NCBI GenBank assembly: GCA_025920425.1
Contig: JAPDLS010000001.1
Span: 227,449-291,448 of the forward strand
Source: Candidatus Haiyanarchaeum thermophilum
GTDB lineage: Archaea > Nanobdellota > Nanobdellia > JAPDLS01 > Haiyanarchaeaceae
DNA: 64,000 nucleotides
Direction: 5' to 3'
The position numbers and the translations under genes are program-made. Shown here piece after piece: positions 58,087 through 64,000 of this stretch (position 1 is the stretch's first letter; each line of letters starts with the position of its first letter). The notes under the pieces are model-generated. The model was not told where the DNA came from, did not search any database, and worked only from the letters and a program-made list of their open reading frames with translations.

Positions 58087-58950
58087 ATGGAACTCCCTTA
58101 CCTCTACCTTAAACCTCCACGTACCTTTCTTGGCTTAGAATGCAAACTGGAGGCTGCCAAATATGTGGTACTACCTATTCCTTTTGATTCTACAGAATCC
58201 TACAAGCCTGGTCAGATGAATGCTCCACGGGCTATCATCGATGCTTCCCTCCATATTGACTCTATATTCGACCCTAAGACTAAGAAAAAGGTGCCCACAG
58301 CCATTTATACTTCAAAAGAAATCGAATTGCCAAGAGGAGAAGTAGATGAAAGTATGAAGAGGATCAAGGAACTAGTAGGGGAAGTAATTAGGCTGGGCAA
58401 GATTCCTGTGATAATTGGAGGAGAACATACTGTTAGTTTCGGAGCTCTAGCAGCATTCGAAAAGAGAGTAAAATTCGTTGTCCTAGATGCACATGCCGAT
58501 CTGAGAGATGAATTTGAGGGAAGTAAGTTAAATTATGCCACCTTCTGCAGGAGGATTGTGGAAAATGGAGTAGAGGTAATTGAAATAGGGGTGAGAAGCA
58601 TAAGTGAAGAGGAATATGTTTTTGCAAACTCTTCCAAAAACCTCAAAATTCTATATAAATGGGAACTCGATGAGGATTTCGATAAATGTCTAGAGAAAAT
58701 CGAAAAATTCCTCAAAGGAGAGAGGATATATCTGAGCATAGATTTTGATGTGCTCGATCCGAGCATAGCTAGGGGAGTTTCCCACTTGGAGCCAAATGGA
58801 TTTAACTGGATTCAAATCTGTGAAGTTCTAACCACAATTCATAGCTGTGCCCAAATAGTGGGCTTCGATCTGGTAGAGGTAATACCTGACGGTTTTACCG
58901 AGGAAATTGCAGCTAAACTCTTATGTTATCTACTTTCCCTCCTCGGTTAA
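58087..58950 (+). CDS. speB: Agmatinase (ureohydrolase family)
   Basis: PFDST.SY.PG, GGEHTV, DAHADLR, SIDFDVLDP, DLVEV. Confidence 0.9.
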   Translation: MELPYLYLKPPRTFLGLECKLEAAKYVVLPIPFDSTESYKPGQMNAPRAIIDASLHIDSIFDPKTKKKVPTAIYTSKEIELPRGEVDESMKRIKELVGEVIRLGKIPVIIGGEHTVSFGALAAFEKRVKFVVLDAHADLRDEFEGSKLNYATFCRRIVENGVEVIEIGVRSISEEEYVFANSSKNLKILYKWELDEDFDKCLEKIEKFLKGERIYLSIDFDVLDPSIARGVSHLEPNGFNWIQICEVLTTIHSCAQIVGFDLVEVIPDGFTEEIAAKLLCYLLSLLG

Positions 58951-59433
58951 TCGCTTAGCCTTCTTATCGCAGAATATCTTGAGTTTCATTTTCTCTTGCA
59001 CATCCTTATCCCTTATTTCATGAACTTGCACTCTATTCTCGTCGAAGATGTGAATTACCTGATAGCCTAATTTGACCAATGCCTCTGCAATATATCGGCG
59101 ATGACATCTAAACCACAAAAGCTCGCTGCATAGAATCGCAGGAGTCTTGGCCTCCATCATTTTTATCAGCTCTCTTAAAGCCTCTTCAAATTCCCTACTC
59201 TTGCTAAAGGTCTCGTAACCTTCCTTTCTAAATCCCCCAAGCTTCGAAAAATGAATATACTCTATTTCATTCTCCTCCAAGCTCTTCTTGAGTTCTTCCT
59301 TATTGAAGTGAGGAAATTTCTTGCTGGTGGGAAATCTGCGAACATCTATTACTAGGTTTATTCCGTAATGTTTTAGGAGATGTAGAAAAGTTGCGAGATC
59401 TCTAGTGCTATGGCCTAAAGTATAAACTCTCAT
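58930..59433 (-). CDS. DUF488-family protein
   Basis: YTLGHSTR, DVRRFP.S, LGG.R, LCSE..CHR..IA. Confidence 0.9.
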   Translation of the reverse strand: MRVYTLGHSTRDLATFLHLLKHYGINLVIDVRRFPTSKKFPHFNKEELKKSLEENEIEYIHFSKLGGFRKEGYETFSKSREFEEALRELIKMMEAKTPAILCSELLWFRCHRRYIAEALVKLGYQVIHIFDENRVQVHEIRDKDVQEKMKLKIFCDKKAKRLTEEGK

Positions 59434-60941
59434 TTCTTTACTCTATAGATTATCACTAACGCTCCAGTCTCTTCTCTCAGAATTCTAACTATTTCCAGTC
59501 CTGTTTTCTCCAACCACTTTGAGTATGAAGTCTCATCAAATCCATAGAGAGTAAAAAATCTTCTTAATGTCAAATAATCCACATCCCCATCATATGGAAA
59601 GGCGTAGTAAATTAGAGCATCCTTCTCTCTAGCGAGCTGTAGCAGCAAGTTAAAGTTTTCTTCAGATGAAAGATTTTCGAAGACTGGAAGTTTTAAGAAT
59701 ATCTTATTTTCAGCAAAAAGGCATAATTGGGGATGGGGAGCCTCTACCGAAAAGGGGACAATCACATAAGTATTGGGTAGTTTATTTAACTCCTTACTTG
59801 CCTCAAGTGTTACTGAGTAAGTTGGCGCCTTTATCCTAATTATTGGCCATCCATAGGAGAGCGAAAGATAGGAGAGAAAAATGGTAAGTAAGAAACTAAG
59901 GGCAACTCTATAATGCTCCTGCTTCACTACAGTATTCGTTATTAGGACAATTGCTATCGATATTATTAAGAATGTAACTGGTAGGATTGGGATGAGATAT
60001 CTATCTTCATGGTGGGGGGATAGCGATGTGGTAAGGAGGTAAAATATGAAAAGAACTGCGAGAAGTAAGTATTTCTTTTCCTTGTAGTGCAGGATTATGT
60101 AAACTAAGCCTATAATGAAGATGAGGAGGGTAATATGAATCCCAAACATACTGCCAGCTATTACATGGGGAAGCATCTCAAAATACGCGAAGTAACTTTC
60201 ATTCATTTCCCTTACCAGTTCGTAGATTAATCTTTCTTGATAGAACACGTCTCCAAAGCGATGATACTGCCAGAGTTGATAGGATGTAAATGGAATAAGG
60301 AAAGTTCCTACTAAAATATAGAACTTCTTCTGCTTGAAGAAAGATAGCTTTTCAGTTATGATCAAAAAGATGAGTAATCCAAGAATTATTGGAATCGCTT
60401 CTATTCTTAGTAGGTACATGAATCCTAGTACCAATCCAGCTAATGCGAGTCTAATTGGGCTATTTCTAAACCATCCTGTGTAGAAGAGATAAATAGCCAA
60501 GATAGCGATGGCCATGGCTTCTATATGGGCCAACAGACGTAACCAGTAAAACATTACAATCCAAGAGGTGGAGAGCAAGATAATTGAGATAGATGCAACC
60601 TTCTTACCATAAAGTTCAGAAGCCAATAAATATAGGAAACATAGAGAAACAATCATAAATACTGTCTGTAGAATTCTGAGGACACTCAGATTTAGACCAA
60701 AAAGGAGCACAAATGGTGCAAGAGTGAGAGGATATCCTGGAAATCTTGCCCACTCCCAACTTCGATTAGTTTCTGAACCACATACTTTTTGTCCAACGAT
60801 TTCTTTAACTACGATCAGAAAGCTAGCTTCATCCCACCACAAGCCTTTATTAAAGTCTCTGAAGAGTATTCCAAACATTACCACATATACTAATACCACT
60901 AGCAATGGGAGCTTGTAGAAAGAAATTTTTCTATGGATCAT
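59430..60941 (-). CDS. GT-C fold membrane glycosyltransferase (PMT/ArnT-like)
   Basis: WWDEA, RFPGYP, many TMs, EDRYLIP. Confidence 0.85.
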   Translation of the reverse strand: MIHRKISFYKLPLLVVLVYVVMFGILFRDFNKGLWWDEASFLIVVKEIVGQKVCGSETNRSWEWARFPGYPLTLAPFVLLFGLNLSVLRILQTVFMIVSLCFLYLLASELYGKKVASISIILLSTSWIVMFYWLRLLAHIEAMAIAILAIYLFYTGWFRNSPIRLALAGLVLGFMYLLRIEAIPIILGLLIFLIITEKLSFFKQKKFYILVGTFLIPFTSYQLWQYHRFGDVFYQERLIYELVREMNESYFAYFEMLPHVIAGSMFGIHITLLIFIIGLVYIILHYKEKKYLLLAVLFIFYLLTTSLSPHHEDRYLIPILPVTFLIISIAIVLITNTVVKQEHYRVALSFLLTIFLSYLSLSYGWPIIRIKAPTYSVTLEASKELNKLPNTYVIVPFSVEAPHPQLCLFAENKIFLKLPVFENLSSEENFNLLLQLAREKDALIYYAFPYDGDVDYLTLRRFFTLYGFDETSYSKWLEKTGLEIVRILREETGALVIIYRVKK

Positions 60942-61275
60942 TTTCCTAACCTGCTTGCCACTGAAAGCTTTAATATTTTGAGCATATCTCTTTTAACTGA
61001 AAAATTTTTTCCTTCCAGCTCTTTCAAGGTATGGAATAGAGATTCCTATCATCTTCTTTCCTAACTTAGTAGCTTTTATATGCATTTCCTTTCCCATCGT
61101 TCTTCTGTCTAATTACCCTAACTCCCAACCTCTTACAAATATATGGAGTTGCATCCCTCGATTTATCTACCACAACTATCTCATATTTTCTCCCCAGCTT
61201 TCTTATCTTCTCTATAACTCTCTCTATATTTTCCTCTTCGTTTTCGGTAGGAATTATGATAGAAGCCTCATACAT
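60938..61275 (-). pseudogene. Degenerate GT2 (Dol-P-mannose synthase-like) glycosyltransferase
   Basis: N-terminus SIIIPTENEEENI..VVDKSRDAT..GKGNA is joined out of frame to a C-terminal-type segment IKATKLGKKMIGISIPYLERAG, then (second shift) KRDMLKILK. The central DxD region is absent. Confidence 0.75.
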
Positions 61276-61276
61276 T

Positions 61277-62323
61277 TCACACAACCCTGAGCAATGTTAA
61301 TACAAAGGATAAAATTACCACTATGATTTCAAACCCTATGAGGAAGAGCGTAACTTCCTTCTCTTCCATTGGTTTTAAGTTCATCGCCAAATGGGTAAGC
61401 GAGTAAATTTTTCTTCCATATGGCGGCTTAAGTGTTCCATCCCTTTGTAGGATTCCTAGGCTCTTCGCTGAGAACTTTGATCTTAACTTAAGGAAGGCTT
61501 CTATTATCCAAGGAGTAAACACTAAGATCCCAAACTTCTCCATATTTCCAATTATTACTGTACTAGCATAACATGCTCCTAGCATATAAGTTAAACTATC
61601 CCCAGGCAAGAACTTAGCAGGGTACCAATTATATTTGATGAATCCCAACAGGGAGAAGAAAGTACAGAAAGCTATGGCTGCTGAGCTCCATTCCTGATTG
61701 ATGAGTGCATAGCTTCCCAATGCTGAGAAGGCAACTAATCCTAGTCCGCTCTCCAGTCCATTCATACCTGCTAAGAAATTGTATGCATTCGTAACACAAA
61801 GAAAAGCAATTGGAACCAGTACTAAATTGTAAATTACCCCCAAATCTATTGGACCAATAAAGGGTAAATACATCTTGGTAACTCCTGCTCTTATTATTAC
61901 AAGAGGCACAGCTGCCGGAAGAGTAAGAAGCGGCTTTTGCCAAGGTTTAAGTCCTACTCTGTACTCCTTAATCCCATATCTTGCCTGCTTAACTCTCCGA
62001 GTTCTGAGATTTAGATCATCAAGTAAACCTGTGAATACTGCTAAGAAGATTGAGGTTAATGCTGCAAACAAGTTCTCTACAGTAATTCCAAGTTCTAATA
62101 TGAATTTATCTACAAATACTAAAAGGGAAATACCAACCCAAAAGCTCAACAACAGAACTATGCCTGCTGAAGTAGCTATTGAAGGTTTACCCCTCTTCTG
62201 CTGATCTACTCCCACAATGCCTGAATCCTCCAGAAAATTTTTCACGTAGGGTGTAATAAAATAGGAAAATATTGCTGCACTCGAGCTAAGCCCCAAGATT
62301 GCAACTATTTCCATTGGGATCAT
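61277..62323 (-). CDS. UDP-GlcNAc:dolichol-phosphate GlcNAc-1-phosphate transferase (AglH/Alg7, MraY superfamily)
   Basis: GVDQQK, GLLDD, NAYNFLAGMNGLE, YNWYPAKFLPGDS, GNMEK, YSLTH. Confidence 0.9.
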   Translation of the reverse strand: MIPMEIVAILGLSSSAAIFSYFITPYVKNFLEDSGIVGVDQQKRGKPSIATSAGIVLLLSFWVGISLLVFVDKFILELGITVENLFAALTSIFLAVFTGLLDDLNLRTRRVKQARYGIKEYRVGLKPWQKPLLTLPAAVPLVIIRAGVTKMYLPFIGPIDLGVIYNLVLVPIAFLCVTNAYNFLAGMNGLESGLGLVAFSALGSYALINQEWSSAAIAFCTFFSLLGFIKYNWYPAKFLPGDSLTYMLGACYASTVIIGNMEKFGILVFTPWIIEAFLKLRSKFSAKSLGILQRDGTLKPPYGRKIYSLTHLAMNLKPMEEKEVTLFLIGFEIIVVILSFVLTLLRVV

Positions 62324-62361
62324 AGGAGGAATAATGAAAACATAAATTAAAAAGTGATCGC

Positions 62362-62445
62362 TGCAGGGGCTGGGATTCGAACCCAGGAAGGCACTAAGCC
62401 ACAGGGTCCTAAGCCCTGCCCCTTTGACCGCTTGGGTACCCCTGC
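62362..62445 (-). tRNA. tRNA-Leu(UAG)
   Basis: Reverse complement GCAGGGG..CAGGG CT TAG GA CCCTG, long variable arm GGCTTAGTGCC, TTCGAAT, CCCCTGC A. Confidence 0.95.
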
Positions 62446-62499
62446 ATCTTCTTGTAGTTTTTAGGAAGATTTAAAAATTTTCAAGGACAGTTCTTCGAA

Positions 62500-62850
62500 A
62501 TGCTGAGAATTAGGAAGACAAATCCCCAATTAATCAGAGTAATCCAGATTCTGATGAGGAGAAGAGAGAAGATCTGGAGAAGGGTAGCTAAAGATCTCCA
62601 GAAGCCTAGGAGGAGATGGAGAAGAGTAAACTTAGCCCGAATAAATAAATATACTAAGGATGGGGATGTGGTAGTGGTTCCTGGCAAAGTCCTAGCTTTC
62701 GGTTCTCTAGATCACAAAATTAAGATTTGGGCCTTCTCATTTTCCAAAGCAGCTATTGAAAAAATTCAAAAAGCTGGAGGTGAAATTTTAAGGATTGATA
62801 CTCTCCTCCAGCAAAATCCTCGCGGTTCAGGGGTGAAGTTAATTGGCTAA
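62500..62850 (+). CDS. rpl18e: 50S ribosomal protein L18e
   Basis: KTNP, IWRRVA..L.KPRR, VNLARI, VPGKVL, FS..A.EKI..AGG. Confidence 0.95.
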   Translation: MLRIRKTNPQLIRVIQILMRRREKIWRRVAKDLQKPRRRWRRVNLARINKYTKDGDVVVVPGKVLAFGSLDHKIKIWAFSFSKAAIEKIQKAGGEILRIDTLLQQNPRGSGVKLIG

Positions 62851-63271
62851 GATATTTATCGATGCTGAAGGTAAGGTGCTGGGTAGGCTCTGTAGCTACA
62901 TAGCAAAAAACGCTCTCCTTGGAAATGAAGTAATCGTATGCAACATAGAGAAATGTGTGATCTCTGGGGATAGGAGGCACGTAATAGAAACTTATCTGCA
63001 GAGGAGGAGAAGGGGAAAATCTCCAAGATGGGGACCAAAATATCCGAAGAGGCCGGATCTTGTATTTAGAAGGGCTCTGAGAGGAATGCTCCCTTATAAG
63101 AAGGAGAAGGGGAAAAAGGCATTGAGAAGAATAAAGGTATTCATAGGGGTTCCCGAGGAGTTCAAAGATGCAAACTTTATAAAGCTTGAAGAGTTTGATA
63201 AATCCAAGTTTAAGATCCCAAAGTTTGTCACTCTTGAGGAGGTGTGTAGGGAGCTCGGGTGGAAAGGATGA
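62843..63271 (+). CDS. rpl13: 50S ribosomal protein L13
   Basis: IDAEGKVLGRL.S..AK, GPKYPKRPD, RGMLP; TTG start. Confidence 0.95.
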   Translation: MAKIFIDAEGKVLGRLCSYIAKNALLGNEVIVCNIEKCVISGDRRHVIETYLQRRRRGKSPRWGPKYPKRPDLVFRRALRGMLPYKKEKGKKALRRIKVFIGVPEEFKDANFIKLEEFDKSKFKIPKFVTLEEVCRELGWKG

Positions 63272-63669
63272 AGAAAAAAGTGATCATCGCTGTGGGAAAG
63301 AGAAAGACTTCAATTGCCAAGGCTTACTTAACTCCTGGTAAGGGAATTGTAAGAATAAACTCCCTAAGATTGGATTGCTATCCTGAGTTAATCAGATTGA
63401 AAATAGCTGAACCTCTCATTCTAGCGGATAAGGTAGCTAAAAAGGTGAACATAAAGGTAAATGTGGAAGGAGGGGGAATTATGTCTCAAGCAGAGGCTGC
63501 TAGGATCGCCATAGCTAGAGCCATCCTTGAGTATAGTGGAAGTGATAAACTGAAGCAGAAGTTCTTAGAGTACGATAGGCATTTGCTAGTGGCAGATGTA
63601 AGAAGGACCGAACCTCAGAAACCATACTATTCAGCTGCAAGGAGAGGAAGGCAAACCTCTAAGAGGTAG
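63268..63669 (+). CDS. rps9: 30S ribosomal protein S9
   Basis: GKRKTSIA, GGGIMSQAEAAR.AIARA, YDRHLLVADVRR.E. Confidence 0.95.
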   Translation: MKKKVIIAVGKRKTSIAKAYLTPGKGIVRINSLRLDCYPELIRLKIAEPLILADKVAKKVNIKVNVEGGGIMSQAEAARIAIARAILEYSGSDKLKQKFLEYDRHLLVADVRRTEPQKPYYSAARRGRQTSKR

Positions 63670-63674
63670 TTAAA

Positions 63675-63872
63675 ATGATAATTCCAGTACGCTGCTTTTC
63701 ATGTGGAAAGCCCGTAGCCCATCTTTGGGAAAAGTTCAAACAAGAGATAGCAAAAGGGAGGAATGCTAAAGAAGTGTTGGATGAGCTAGGATTGAAAAGA
63801 TATTGCTGTAGAGCCCTATTCCTCGGGCATATAGATCTAATTCAAACCATAGCTAAATATAAAAAATTTTAA
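63675..63872 (+). CDS. rpoN: RNA polymerase subunit Rpo10 (N)
   Basis: MIIPVRCFSCGK, LDELGLKRYCCR. Confidence 0.96.
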   Translation: MIIPVRCFSCGKPVAHLWEKFKQEIAKGRNAKEVLDELGLKRYCCRALFLGHIDLIQTIAKYKKF

Positions 63873-63889
63873 AGCAAGTATATTATTCT

Positions 63890-63963
63890 GGGGAGATAGT
63901 TCAGCTTGGTAGAATGCTGGCCTTGGGAGCCAGTGGTCCGGGGTTCAAATCCCCGTCTCCCCA
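63890..63963 (+). tRNA. tRNA-Pro(UGG)
   Basis: GGGGAGA/TCTCCCC acceptor, CTGGC CT TGG GA GCCAG, CGGGG TTCAAAT CCCCG; conserved position after rpoN. Confidence 0.95.
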
Positions 63964-64000
63964 GAAAAATTAAAAAGCGTTGAGTGGTGAAATCTAAGAA

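Noticed and set aside
62362-62445. tRNA-Leu(UAG) as a second target of the intron guide (same anticodon stem as tRNA-Gln)
   Set aside because: An A-A mismatch next to the +5 position makes the duplex weaker than with tRNA-Gln
713-62980. Numerous Ser/Phe/Leu-rich antisense or alternate-frame ORFs in the track (e.g. 713..1153, 3157..3507, 53422..53913)
   Set aside because: They are shadows of purine-rich real genes and have no motifs or independent signals
45197-63963. Two similar tRNA-Pro genes as att-like direct repeats flanking an integrated element
   Set aside because: Both are complete isoacceptors with different anticodons and stems, the interval holds core genes, and there is no integrase
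1-64000. CRISPR arrays, rRNA genes, transposases, inteins
   Set aside because: No regularly spaced repeats, long GC-rich RNA genes, transposase motifs or intein-sized insertions were seen by eye

Overview
Gene-dense archaeal chromosome segment from a probable thermophilic DPANN (cluster 2-type) archaeon, inferred from a single-chain reverse gyrase, a fused PriS-PriL primase, ATGA-overlapping genes and several trimmed ribosomal proteins. Most of the window is housekeeping: translation, KEOPS, GatDE, AsnRS, ProRS, RNA polymerase subunits, TFE, FtsZ, ligase, GINS, Hel308, EndoQ, PEP synthase, polyamine and glycosylation genes, and five tRNAs. Accessory parts are a type IV pilus-like locus without an ATPase, a five-gene cluster of related surface/lipoproteins, a stand-alone formate dehydrogenase-like molybdoenzyme and a decayed GT2 gene. 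No CRISPR array, rRNA or mobile element was seen. The strongest new observation is that the 35-nt intron of tRNA-Gln(UUG) carries a box D/box C'-type motif. Upstream of box D is a guide complementary to the spliced host tRNA anticodon arm, and its +5 position falls exactly on wobble U34, suggesting a minimal self-targeting C/D guide RNA. Other leads are an MAKKKKKK micro-ORF with apparent promoter, RBS and terminator, structured leaders of speD and ftsZ that share a motif, a CBS-HPF hibernation factor, and a DUF2156/MprF-like ORF reading antisense across a whole tRNA-Pro. All calls are from manual reading with no database searches.
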